The translations under genes and the position numbers were made by a program. From the NCBI GenBank assembly GCA_038150265.1, contig JAYOTF010000004.1, positions 1 through 64,000 on the forward strand: a stretch of DNA of 64,000 nt, written 5' to 3'. This document shows, in pieces, positions 1 to 9,254 of the stretch. The DNA comes from Deltaproteobacteria bacterium. Lineage in GTDB: Bacteria; SAR324; NAC60-12. Below the pieces are notes generated by a model. The model saw nothing but the letters and a program-made list of their open reading frames with translations, was not told the origin of the DNA and made no database searches. Position 1 is the stretch's first letter, and every line of letters begins with the position of its first letter.

Positions 1-832
1 TGCACGACGCAGCCGGTTCCACTGCACAGCTCCCGTACTCGTAGCTCCCGCTCAGTGTGCCGTTGATGCAGGTCCGGATTTCCGAGCTGCAGGTGCTGCC
101 GAAGGCCACTGTGTCCGTGAAGTAGGCGGTGACGGTATCACCGTTGGCCACGGTCTCGTCATTGAAGCGGCAGGCGTTCTGCTGCTCGGCGAGTGTTTGT
201 TCCAGGTGCCCCTTGGCCGCTGCTTCCGAAGGCACCGTGCGCGGGTTCCCTCCTTCCAGAGGCACGGCCTTCACCGCGGTCAAGACGCTCTGGTTGCGCG
301 TCTCAAACGCGGCGGGGTCAACGGCAAAATCGACCGACCCCGCTTGACTGCGCAGGGCGGTCTTCACGTCCTCCGGAACGGAGATGCCGTTGCTCGGGTC
401 GCCATCGGCATCGAGGGTCTGGAGGAAGCGGGCGATGTTGACGACGGCATCCGAGCTGGTGCTGCCTCCGGGGACGAGGTCGACTGGGGTGACGGTGGCT
501 CCGCCGGTCGCGGCCCCGACGGTGATGCCGGCCACCGAAAAGGTGACGGATTGGCTCTCTTCGTAGAAGAAGGTCCCGGCGCCGTCGGTGGTGCCGCTGG
601 TGCTTCCGGACGTGTAGTCCAGGCCCTCCACTGCCGAGTCGAGGAAGACGCCGGACTGAAGCGACACCCCGGTGGTGAAGCCTTCGGCGACGCTTTCAAT
701 GGACTTCGATTCGGTCTCGGCGTCTTCTGCGGTCATCTGCCCGCAGCTGGTGACGAGCCCCAGCAGGGTCACGCTGACGCAGAGGCTGACGGCCAGCCGG
801 GTTCGGAAACGGAGAGGAGGGAGGGGCGTCAT
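1..832 (-). CDS. Partial surface lipoprotein (runs off window start) with an FLDSAVEGLxY...RFLQTLDxDGDPSNGI domain followed by a Cys-rich repeat
   Basis: Manual translation (not in ORF track): ATG at 832, MTPLPPLRFRTRLAVSLCVSVTLLGLVTSC (lipobox-like), open to base 2; ends CRFNDETVANGDTVTAYFTDTVAFGSTCSSEIRTCINGTLSGSYEYGSCAVEPAASC; starts 10 bp after the stop of the upstream gene. Confidence 0.85.
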   Translation of the reverse strand, partial: MTPLPPLRFRTRLAVSLCVSVTLLGLVTSCGQMTAEDAETESKSIESVAEGFTTGVSLQSGVFLDSAVEGLDYTSGSTSGTTDGAGTFFYEESQSVTFSVAGITVGAATGGATVTPVDLVPGGSTSSDAVVNIARFLQTLDADGDPSNGISVPEDVKTALRSQAGSVDFAVDPAAFETRNQSVLTAVKAVPLEGGNPRTVPSEAAAKGHLEQTLAEQQNACRFNDETVANGDTVTAYFTDTVAFGSTCSSEIRTCINGTLSGSYEYGSCAVEPAASC

Positions 833-842
833 GGTTCAACTC

Positions 843-2165
843 TCAAAAGGGGTGCTGCCACTGCATCCGGAACCCGTGCGGCTGAGGCAGCCAGGCGAAA
901 CGGTCCACCGTCTCTTCGCCCTGACGGGCCTCGGCATCCGGGCTCGAGAGCAGCAGGTAGGCTTCCACGCCCAACCCCAGGTAGGTCACCAGGTCCCAGG
1001 TCTGGTAGGTCGTCTTGAGCGAGGCCATGGACGCCTGATTGCTCTCATACTGGTCCTTCAGGTCATGATCGCCGCTGCTGGCATAGCGCTGGGCGAGGTC
1101 CTGATTCTCGCTTTCGAGCGCGTTGTACTCGTCCGCGGCGCTCCGGGCCTGCAGCATGGACACGCCCGTGAGGCCGAGCGTCACGGCGTGCCAGACCCAA
1201 CGAGGGGTTCCTGAGGAGGCGGAGGGCTCTTCCCGGGTCTGCAGGGGTGGCTCCAGTTGCGGGAGAGGCTTGCGGGCCGCATCCGGTGGAGGGGCGGGAG
1301 GCGGTTGCTCAGCCACAGCGGGAGGCGGTTGAGGCGCAGCAGGGGGGTCGTCTTCCCGGATGGTGACGGTCAGCGTGGGCAGAGCGAGGAAGCCGTAGTT
1401 GAGGTCCGTCACTTCCGTGAGGACCCCGGTCAGGTTGAGGGTCCGGTCTCCGGTCCGCACGGTGTCATCTGTGGCGCGCACCCTCACGGTCTGCGGCACA
1501 CCGGCTTGCTCGGGGGGAAGGGTCAGGGTCGGCGGCGAAAGCGTCACCGCCCCGGCGTCAGAGGCTTCAAACTCCAGGGTCAGTGGCCCCGTCAGCGTCC
1601 CGGTGACCACGAGGGAAAACGAGCCTTCGGCGCCTTCCGTCAGGTCCAGCTGTTCCGGAGTCAGGCGAAAGCCTGGGGGTTCAGGCGCCGGGGGTTCGGC
1701 CTCCTCTGGGAGGTTGCCCAGCACGTTCTCGGCCACCGCCTCCACCGCCTCCAGCAGTTTGGGCAGCCCGCACCCCACGCAGTTCTCGTTCTTGACGACC
1801 CGCTGCTTGCCCTGAATGAGGCTGAGCGAAACCTGGGTGAGGGCGCTTTCCTGATCCTGCAGGAGCTGCAGGCTGAAGATGCGGTTGACGTTGAGCGTTT
1901 CCTGAACCCGGGCGAGGCAGTTTTCCTCGGTGCAGGCTTCTCCGGGCAAGCTCTGAATGGCGTCTTCAAACGCCGACTCCACCTCTGCCTGCGGGACCAG
2001 CAGAAACTGACGGGAGAGGCGTTCCTGAAGCTGATTGAAGAGCACCTGGGTCTGCACCGGAGACATTCCCAGCGAGCTCACCGGCAGCAGCGCCACCCGC
2101 TCCTTGGCCCACCCGTGGGTGAGGCACAGCACCCAAACCAGCAGCAGCAGGACCCCATGCTTCAT
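843..2165 (-). CDS. Secreted envelope protein: N-terminal alpha/beta domain (CTEENC, CxxC), Ig/Calx-beta-like segment, Pro-rich linker, C-terminal hydrophobic helices
   Basis: Start MKHGVLLLLVW (signal peptide) overlaps the caspase stop (ATGA); N-terminal ~270 aa paralogous to 3922-5715. Confidence 0.8.
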   Translation of the reverse strand: MKHGVLLLLVWVLCLTHGWAKERVALLPVSSLGMSPVQTQVLFNQLQERLSRQFLLVPQAEVESAFEDAIQSLPGEACTEENCLARVQETLNVNRIFSLQLLQDQESALTQVSLSLIQGKQRVVKNENCVGCGLPKLLEAVEAVAENVLGNLPEEAEPPAPEPPGFRLTPEQLDLTEGAEGSFSLVVTGTLTGPLTLEFEASDAGAVTLSPPTLTLPPEQAGVPQTVRVRATDDTVRTGDRTLNLTGVLTEVTDLNYGFLALPTLTVTIREDDPPAAPQPPPAVAEQPPPAPPPDAARKPLPQLEPPLQTREEPSASSGTPRWVWHAVTLGLTGVSMLQARSAADEYNALESENQDLAQRYASSGDHDLKDQYESNQASMASLKTTYQTWDLVTYLGLGVEAYLLLSSPDAEARQGEETVDRFAWLPQPHGFRMQWQHPF

Positions 2166-3502
2166 GGCATCAGCTCCGCAAAGAAGTCCGGCGCGCCCTT
2201 CTGCTCCCAAAAGCGGAGGAGCTTCTCGGCCACCTGCTCAAAGGCCACAGCGGCGGCTTCCGGAGAGTCCGGAGGCGTGCGGTAGGGCAGGCGCTCACCC
2301 AGCACCAGCGGCGCTCCTCGTGAAACCAGCTGGGCGCCCCGCAGCTCCCACACCTCCAGCTTGAGGTCGAGGAAGGACATCCCTTTCCAGATCAGGGACG
2401 CCTGTTGCTCCTGCCGGCCTTCGAGGGTCCAGACCACGGCTTGCGTCACTCCCGTCCGGAGCATCTGCCGCCGCAGGGCTTCCGCGTCTCGGACCGGCTC
2501 CGACACCACGTCTCCAAAGGGGCCCTTCAGCTCTTCGCGGATCCGGGCTTCCAGCAACGCCGAGGCGGCCCCCGGAACCAACGGGCCTGACGCCGGGGGC
2601 TTCCGGAACGCGAGGAAGATGCCGGGCTTGGCCTGAGGCCGACGGAGGAAGAAGAACTCCCCGCCCTGGTGCCCCTGATTGCTGATGGCCTGAAACACCG
2701 GCGTCTGGCGACTGCCGGTGGCCGATTGCGTGTCGTTGGAGACGTTCCGGGCGAGGCGCAGCGCCAGCTCGGAGGTGGCCAGATACGGCGCCCGGTTGGC
2801 CTCCAGCTGGCCCAGCAGGTGGTAGGCAAAGATGGAGTTGCCGTTCCAGCGGGCTCCGCCATCGGACACCGGTTCGTTTCCTCCAGAGGTCAGGCCCAGC
2901 ACGGAGCGGAGCCGGTTCTTTTCCTCAAAGTAGCGGTCGTTGAGGGGTTCGCCCGCAGGCGGGTGAACGATTCCGCGGGTGAGCAGGTTTCCGCTGAAGC
3001 AGGAGTCGGAAATGAGCAGCTTGTGCCGGGCGTCAATGGCCCGGATCTGGGTGAGGAGGTCGCTGTTGCTGAGGTGCTGGTAGCGGTTTTCGGTGCTGGC
3101 GTCCACGGGAACCCAGTAGCCATCTTCGCGCTCGTCGTACTCGCCGTGCCCAGCGTAGTAGATCAGCACATGGTCGTCGGGGCCACTGTGCTGCTTGAGC
3201 CAGTCGAAGCCCTTGAGCAGGTCCACCCGGGTGGCATCCAGCAGCAGCCGGACGTGTTCGGGCGCAAAGGTGTACTCCGTCGTCAGGACCTCCTGCAGGC
3301 GCTGGGCGTCGTGCCGAGCGGTTTGCAGCACCGGCCAGTGCTGATACGCATTGTTGCCAATGATCAGGGCGTAGTAGTCCCCGGTTCCGGAGTGTGACGT
3401 TGCCGCAAGGGGCGCCACCCCGCGCTCCTGAGCGCTGACCGAGGTCACCAGCAGGAGCAGCAGGATTCCTGTCAACGTGCGTCTGAGGCAAGAAGCCGCC
3501 AT
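2162..3502 (-). CDS. Secreted caspase-like cysteine protease (peptidase C14) with ~150-aa C-terminal domain
   Basis: YALIIGNNAY, YYAGHG (His), ISDSCFSG (Cys); signal peptide ending VSA-QERG; alternative start 3514. Confidence 0.92.
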   Translation of the reverse strand: MAASCLRRTLTGILLLLLVTSVSAQERGVAPLAATSHSGTGDYYALIIGNNAYQHWPVLQTARHDAQRLQEVLTTEYTFAPEHVRLLLDATRVDLLKGFDWLKQHSGPDDHVLIYYAGHGEYDEREDGYWVPVDASTENRYQHLSNSDLLTQIRAIDARHKLLISDSCFSGNLLTRGIVHPPAGEPLNDRYFEEKNRLRSVLGLTSGGNEPVSDGGARWNGNSIFAYHLLGQLEANRAPYLATSELALRLARNVSNDTQSATGSRQTPVFQAISNQGHQGGEFFFLRRPQAKPGIFLAFRKPPASGPLVPGAASALLEARIREELKGPFGDVVSEPVRDAEALRRQMLRTGVTQAVVWTLEGRQEQQASLIWKGMSFLDLKLEVWELRGAQLVSRGAPLVLGERLPYRTPPDSPEAAAVAFEQVAEKLLRFWEQKGAPDFFAELMP

Positions 3503-3548
3503 TGATTCTTCCATCCTGAGGTTTCGGGTGTGGGGTCTCGTTGGAGAG

Positions 3549-3589
3549 CAACCCTATCGAAGGATGACGGACAGCCTCAAGGTTTTCCA
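3549..3589 (-). promoter_or_regulatory. Conserved upstream motif copy 1 (TTGA-N15-TTCGATAG, sigma28-like)
   Basis: 36/41 identical to 7101-7141; both lie ~50 bp upstream of a caspase start. Confidence 0.6.
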
Positions 3590-3921
3590 GGGGGTCGCCG
3601 CGGGAGTTCGCAGCGGCCTTTCGGGGTTGGGACAAAATGACAGGGGGACGGACCGGATCAGGAGCTGGGGCAGGAGGTCACTTGAAGCCTCGGAGAAGGA
3701 ACCCCGCTCGCCTCCCTTCAAGTCTGAAAAATCAGGGGTTTTGTCAAAATTTCAACTGAAGCCGACCGCCCAGAAGCCCTCTGCTTCAGCACCTGTTTGC
3801 AACGGAGCCGGGCAGGGTTTCGGAAAATTTTACCCAAGCCGCAGCCGCCTTCATTTTTCTACTTGCCTGGAGCGGCTCCGAAACGCTCCGGTGCTGGTTG
3901 AAGCGATGCTGCTGCCGAGGC

Positions 3922-5715
3922 TCAGAAGCGAACCCCCAGGGCCAGGTTGGCTTCCCAGGTGGAACCGTCTCCCACCAGCCGCGGCTCCACCTGCCAGCGT
4001 TTCCCATGAAACGGAATCCCGGCCCCCACCTCGGTGACCGTCTGCACACCACGGTAGCGAGATGACGCGGTTGCAAACTCCCAGACCTGCTGGGCCACCC
4101 CCAGGGTTGCCCGCAGGAAGTGCCACCTCGGTGTCCAGTACCGCACGCCCCACCGGCTCCAGGTGACCCCGGTCACGGCTTCCGACGCGCTGGCCGTTCC
4201 CAGCCAGATCGGACGCGTCACCTGCACCTGAGCCGCCTGGCCATAAAATCCCTCCAGGCTGCCCCAGCGAGCCTGCCCCTCCAGGGTGGCATGGACCGGA
4301 TGCTCGATGGAGACATGACTGGTGGGAAACCGGTCGGGCGTGACCCGGTACGCATTGGCGCTCAGCCCCAGCACCCAACGCACCGCCGGCTCCGGGGGTG
4401 GCTGCAGGCGAGGGGGGTCTGGCCGGCGAACCGGCGCGGGTCCCACTCGGCTCACACGCAGCGTTTCCTCAGCGCCCGCCTTCAGGGTGAGCGTCTGGAC
4501 GGGGCTGGCCTCCGGCCCGTCTTCCAGCTGCAGGCGATAGGTTCCCGCCGGGGCCTCAAAGGTGGCCTCGGTTTGGCCCTGCAGAGGAAGCCGCCGGGTG
4601 CCGTTGACCACAAGGGTCCCGGCTCGGTTATCCGGATGCACCACCACCTTCAGGCGGCCCGGAAGCGGTTCCAGCCGGATGCTGCGGACGCCCATGCGGG
4701 TGTGGGTGACGTCCACGGGAACCGTTTGCGGACGGTACCCCGGAAGCCGCAGCTCCAGCTCCGTGGCGCCTGCGGGCAGCTCCAGTTTGGCTGGCGTCAA
4801 CCGCGGCGCGCCCTGTCCATCAACCAGGGGGTGGCCTTGCTCCCAGATGGCCGCTCCCGGTGGCGTACTGAGCACCTCCAGCCCGCCCACGCGGTCATCA
4901 TCTTCGAGCGTCAGCGCCACTTCGACAGGCGCCACAAATCCGTAGTCCACCTCTTGCGTCTCCGGACTTGGGGCCAGGGTCAGCTGGGCGGTCTGGCGTC
5001 CTTGCAAGCGGAGGTCATCGGGAACCTGGACGGAAACCGCCTGCCAGTCACTCCAGTTGCCCGGATCCACCACCACCGTCGTGGGGTCGATCTGCACCCG
5101 TGGATCGGGACTGCTCAGCTGCAGCGTCACCGACTGCTGCACCACCGAGGTCACGCCCACCTGCAGCAGGGTCGGGCCCTTTCCTTCCCGGAGGGTCAGC
5201 GCCTCCGGTTTCCAGCGGAGTCCGGCGGGCACCTTCCGCTGCCGCTGTTCCTGCTGATACACGAGGAGCAGCGACTCGGTTGCCGCCTCCAGCTCCTGAA
5301 GCAGCGCCTCCAGCTGACACGCCTCACAGTTACGGGTCCGGACCTGGCGGCGGTCGCCTTCCTGCAGCGTCAGGGTCACCTGCACCAGGCCCGAAGCCTC
5401 CTCGCGTAGCACCTGAAGGCTGAGTACCACTTGCACCCGGAGCGAGGCCTGAACGGCCGCAATGCAGTTTTCCTCGGTGCAGGCGGCGCCAGAAAGCGTG
5501 GTCAGGGCGTCTTCGTAGGCCTGAGCCACCTCTGCCTGAGACACCAGGGCAAACTCTCGGGAAAGCTGATCCTGCAGGCGGTTGAAGAGGAAATTGGCCT
5601 GAACGGCAGGCAGGCCCAGAAAACTCACCGGCAGCAAGGCGGCGCGTTCACGCGTCTGGGCCCACAGGGGCAGCGCGGACAGGAAGCAGGCCAGCAGGCC
5701 GATCAGGAGCTTCAT
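3922..5715 (-). CDS. Secreted PEGA-domain protein with N-terminal CTEENC/CxxC domain, Calx-beta-like segment and probable C-terminal beta-barrel
   Basis: Signal peptide; GGLEVLSTPPGA..TPAKLELPAG..ELRLPGY PEGA pattern; amphipathic strands ending WEANLALGVRF. Confidence 0.82.
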   Translation of the reverse strand: MKLLIGLLACFLSALPLWAQTRERAALLPVSFLGLPAVQANFLFNRLQDQLSREFALVSQAEVAQAYEDALTTLSGAACTEENCIAAVQASLRVQVVLSLQVLREEASGLVQVTLTLQEGDRRQVRTRNCEACQLEALLQELEAATESLLLVYQQEQRQRKVPAGLRWKPEALTLREGKGPTLLQVGVTSVVQQSVTLQLSSPDPRVQIDPTTVVVDPGNWSDWQAVSVQVPDDLRLQGRQTAQLTLAPSPETQEVDYGFVAPVEVALTLEDDDRVGGLEVLSTPPGAAIWEQGHPLVDGQGAPRLTPAKLELPAGATELELRLPGYRPQTVPVDVTHTRMGVRSIRLEPLPGRLKVVVHPDNRAGTLVVNGTRRLPLQGQTEATFEAPAGTYRLQLEDGPEASPVQTLTLKAGAEETLRVSRVGPAPVRRPDPPRLQPPPEPAVRWVLGLSANAYRVTPDRFPTSHVSIEHPVHATLEGQARWGSLEGFYGQAAQVQVTRPIWLGTASASEAVTGVTWSRWGVRYWTPRWHFLRATLGVAQQVWEFATASSRYRGVQTVTEVGAGIPFHGKRWQVEPRLVGDGSTWEANLALGVRF

Positions 5716-7050
5716 CTAGTCCAGCACCTGTCGAACAAATGCGGCCAGGCCATTTTCCGGAGCATGTTCCAGAATCTTGGCTGCGACCCGCTGGTACTGT
5801 GCCTCCCAGCCCGCACGATCCTTTGGAGGCGTCTGATAGGGCAGGCGCTCTCCCGTCAGCTCAAACTGGTCGATCGGCTCCAGGCGCCCGTTCTGCAGCG
5901 TGTACACGGTGAGCTGCACCTCCAATCGGGCCAGCCCCTGCCAGAGCAAGGAGGCGGTTTCTTCCTTCCAGCCCTTGAGCTGCCACACCAGCGCCTGCTG
6001 CAGACCGTCTCGGAGCATCTGCCGCCTCAGGGTTTCCAGCGAGTCGAGGGTCGTTGTCACCGCAGGCTCCTGGTGCCCTGCCAGCCAGAACTCCAGGGTC
6101 TCTCGGGCGGCCCCCTGAACGGGCGCAAACTCGGGGGTCCCGGAAGGCAGGTACGCCATCAGGGTCCGGGAGGCCTCTTCCGGTTTGCGGATGAAGAAAA
6201 ATTCCCCGCCCTGGTGGCCCTGATTGCTGATGGCCTGAAAGACCGGAGTCTGCTGGCTTCCGGTTGCAGAAAGGGTGTCGTTTGCCACATGCCGGGTCAG
6301 GCTCAGGGCGAGCTCGGATGCTGAAAGGTAGGGCGCCTGATTGGCCTGAAGCTGCGCCAGCAGGTGGTAGGCAAAGATGCTGTTGCCGCCCCAGCGGGCG
6401 CCTCCGTCGGAGACGGGCTCATTGCCCCCGGAGGTGAGCCCCATGACGGCGTTGAGGCGGCTCTTCTGCTGAAAGTAACGCTCATCGCTCCAGCCGGCCT
6501 CCGGGGCCCGCACCGCGCCTCGGGTGAGGAGGTTGCCGCTGAAGCAGGAGTCGGAGATGAGCAGCTTGTGCCGGGCTTCAATGGCACGGAGCTGGTTGAG
6601 GACATCGCTGTTGCTGAGGTGCGAGTACCGGTTTTCCGTGCTCGCCTCCACCGGCACCCAGTACCCGTCTTCCCGCTCGTCGTACTCGCCATGCCCAGCG
6701 TAGTAGATCAGCACCCGGTCCTGCGCCGTGCTGCGTTCCTTGAGCCAGTCGAACCCCCGGAGCAGGTCCACGCGGGTGGCATTCTTGAGCAGCCGGACGT
6801 GGTCCTCCGGAAAGGTGTAGCGCCGCACCAGCACGTCCCGGAGCTGTTCGGCATCCCGGACGGCTGTCTGCAGCGGACGCCAGTGCTGGTAAGCGTTGTT
6901 GCCAATGATCAGGGCGTAGGAGTCGCCTTCCACTCCGGTGGAGGACGTGTGAAGCGGGGCCACTCCACGGTTCTGGGCCTCAGCCCCGGAAGCGAGAAGG
7001 AGCAGCACCAGGCCCAGCAACAGGGGCCGTGCCAGTGAAAAAACAGCCAT
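5716..7050 (-). CDS. Secreted caspase-like cysteine protease (peptidase C14), paralog of 2162-3502
   Basis: YYAGHG and ISDSCFSG; signal peptide ending AEA-QNRG; catalytic domain very similar to paralog. Confidence 0.92.
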   Translation of the reverse strand: MAVFSLARPLLLGLVLLLLASGAEAQNRGVAPLHTSSTGVEGDSYALIIGNNAYQHWRPLQTAVRDAEQLRDVLVRRYTFPEDHVRLLKNATRVDLLRGFDWLKERSTAQDRVLIYYAGHGEYDEREDGYWVPVEASTENRYSHLSNSDVLNQLRAIEARHKLLISDSCFSGNLLTRGAVRAPEAGWSDERYFQQKSRLNAVMGLTSGGNEPVSDGGARWGGNSIFAYHLLAQLQANQAPYLSASELALSLTRHVANDTLSATGSQQTPVFQAISNQGHQGGEFFFIRKPEEASRTLMAYLPSGTPEFAPVQGAARETLEFWLAGHQEPAVTTTLDSLETLRRQMLRDGLQQALVWQLKGWKEETASLLWQGLARLEVQLTVYTLQNGRLEPIDQFELTGERLPYQTPPKDRAGWEAQYQRVAAKILEHAPENGLAAFVRQVLD

Positions 7051-7100
7051 GAGCGTGTCTGCCGTCTGAAAGGTGTTGACGAAAGTGTGTTCTCAGAAAC

Positions 7101-7141
7101 CAACCCTATCGAAAGGAGACGGACAGCCTCAAGATTTTCAA
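7101..7141 (-). promoter_or_regulatory. Conserved upstream motif copy 2 (TTGA-N15-TTCGATAG, sigma28-like)
   Basis: 36/41 identical to 3549-3589 while the flanks have diverged. Confidence 0.6.
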
Positions 7142-7349
7142 CGGTCCTCCCTGGTCCCTCGACTCCCTTCTGATACGAATGACCGGCAGCAGAGGCCGGG
7201 CCATCGCCTGAAGGGAAGGCCACCGGTTCAAGGGCTGGATCCCGGCCTGCGCTGGGGGGACCACCAAGCGGCCGCCCGCACCCACCGCCACGCCAAGTTC
7301 TGCCAGCCATTTGTTTCAGGCGATTGTCCTGGCAGCTGAGGCCCCTGGC

Positions 7350-7378
7350 TTGCCTCCACAGGTGGGAAGGATTAGACT
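7350..7378 (+). promoter_or_regulatory. Putative sigma70 promoter for the BatA-like gene
   Basis: TTGCCT-N17-TAGACT. Confidence 0.5.
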
Positions 7379-7445
7379 TTTGAAGCGTTTCCGAGTTGCT
7401 TCCTGAACCCAAGCCGGCTCCCTAACCTCTCCCGCGTGGCCTCCA

Positions 7446-9172
7446 TTGATTCAATTCCTCTACCCGCTCTGGTTTTTGGCGCTTCCGCTGATGGCTCTGC
7501 CGTGGCTCTGGCCCATGGTTCAGCACCGCTTCCAGTCTCCGCTGCGCTTTGGCGCCTACTTCCTGCTGCCTCCGGAGAGCCTGCGGCGTCAGCTGCGCCC
7601 CTCCATTGATGACTGGCTCCTCAAGCTGCTGCGGAGCCTGCTGATCCTGTTGCTGATCCTCCTGCTGGCTCATCCGTTCTGGCGCGAGCAGCGGCAGGTT
7701 CAGGACGTCTGGGTGCTGGATGACACCGCCAGCCTGCCGGAAGGGGTCAGCCTGCCCCTGCAGGCCAGCACCTCCGGACAGGCGATCCGTCTTTCAGACC
7801 TGCTGGCAGCAGAGGCCCCCACCCCAGCAGAATCCCTCCCCGGGACGCCCTCGGGGCATCCGGGATCGCCTTCGCTTTCAGAGATTGCCGAAGCCGTGCT
7901 GCAGCCAACCGAAGGCGAGCAGGCGGTTGAGTTTCGGATTTTCAGAAGAGCCAGTACCAGTATTATCCTTCGGCCATCCAGCCCGTTCGCTGGGACCTGC
8001 AGCGTCCGCAGGCCCCACAACGCCGCAACGCCGCCTTGCAGGAGCTGCGTCTGGAAACCCGAGGCTTCCAGCAGTCGATCCTCCACCTCCGTCTCGCTGG
8101 AAACCCAACCGGTCCCGGAAGCCTGGTGTTGCGACAAAACGGCGACGAGTTGGCCCGTCAGGAGTTTTCAGACCTGGCGCAGGTGACCTCGGTGGCCGTG
8201 CCCCTCGGGGAAGCCTTCCAGCGGAACCAGCCCCTGGAAGCGGAGCTGGACATGCCCGGCGACGCCCTGCCCGGCGACAACACCCGGGTCTTTCTGAGGA
8301 ACCGGCAGCAGACGCCCTGGATCGGCGTGGTCAACTTTGAAGGGGAGGCGGGGATGTTCCGGTACGGCCTGCACGCCCTGCGCTCGGCCCTGAATGCCGA
8401 TGAGCGGTACTCGTACCTGCTCGGAGAGGCGGAGGAGCCGCGGGCGGAGGAAGTCGATGTGCTGCTGCTGCTCGGCGATCACCCCATCCGGACCACCGCC
8501 TTCTCGGGCTTTCCGCTGCGGCTGTTTGTTCCCACGCGGCTGGGAGACTGGCAAACCTGGGCCCAGCGCCCTGCCGATGCTCCCGATGCGGCCAACGCCG
8601 AAGCGCCTCGGACGCTGCCTGCCGAACAGTGGCAAGTGGACTGGACCCAGACCCCACTTGCTCAGGAATGGGGCATCACCCGTCAGGAGAACGGCCTGTT
8701 TTATGCGGAAGCGCAGGACCTCTGGCTCGCGCCTACCGGATTGGGCGAAGAGTGGGGGCCGTTTTATCAGGAGCAGCGCTTTCCTGATGAGATCAAGCGC
8801 TGGCTGGATCAGCTGCTGATGCGGCATCCCGTCACCCTCGCGGGGACCTTTGAGTCGGGCTCTCCGCAACTCCGGGCGCTGCTCAACCAGTCTCCGTACC
8901 TTCAGCCCGGCAGCTACGAGGTCCCTGACGCTTCCGGAGCCCAGACCCTGAAGTTTGCGGTGAACGTTCCGGTCCGGGAGAGCGACCTGACGCTGATGAG
9001 CGACGCGGCCTTTGCCGCCATGCAGGACTACCTGGAGCAAGCCGGCCAGCAGCTCAGCGCCGAGAGTCGGTCGGTCTCGAACGACCTGCGGGAGCTCCTG
9101 CTGTGGACCCTGCTCCTGCTGGCGGGGCTTGAGCTGGCCTGGGCCTTCTGGCGCCTCAAGCACCCGGTTTGA
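7446..9172 (+). pseudogene. BatA-domain/VWA-like membrane protein split by a frameshift near 7930 (or sequence error)
   Basis: N-terminus MIQFLYPLWFLALPLMALPWLW..LLKLLRSLLILLLILLLAHP (BatA) and VWVLDDTAS; the VSDFQ motif continues in another frame from 7931 into ORF 8036-9172, ending in TM segment LLLLAGLELAW. Confidence 0.75.
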
Positions 9173-9254
9173 GCGGCAGCGCCTTCGGGTCCCACTCGGT
9201 GGAGGGTCAATCAGGACGGGAGCCCCAGGGAAGAGGGGCCCGAAAGAAAGGCCG

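Noticed and set aside
3549..3589. Duplicated upstream motif as a riboswitch
   Set aside because: Only 41 nt, no convincing stems or recognisable aptamer consensus; fixed spacing fits a promoter better
2162..7050. Caspases as an anti-phage cell-death system
   Set aside because: Both carry signal peptides and no gasdermin, NLR, TIR or CRISPR genes are adjacent
7921..7945. Programmed frameshift or selenocysteine readthrough in the BatA-like gene
   Set aside because: No X XXY YYZ slippery heptamer; the TGA is not in the upstream reading frame
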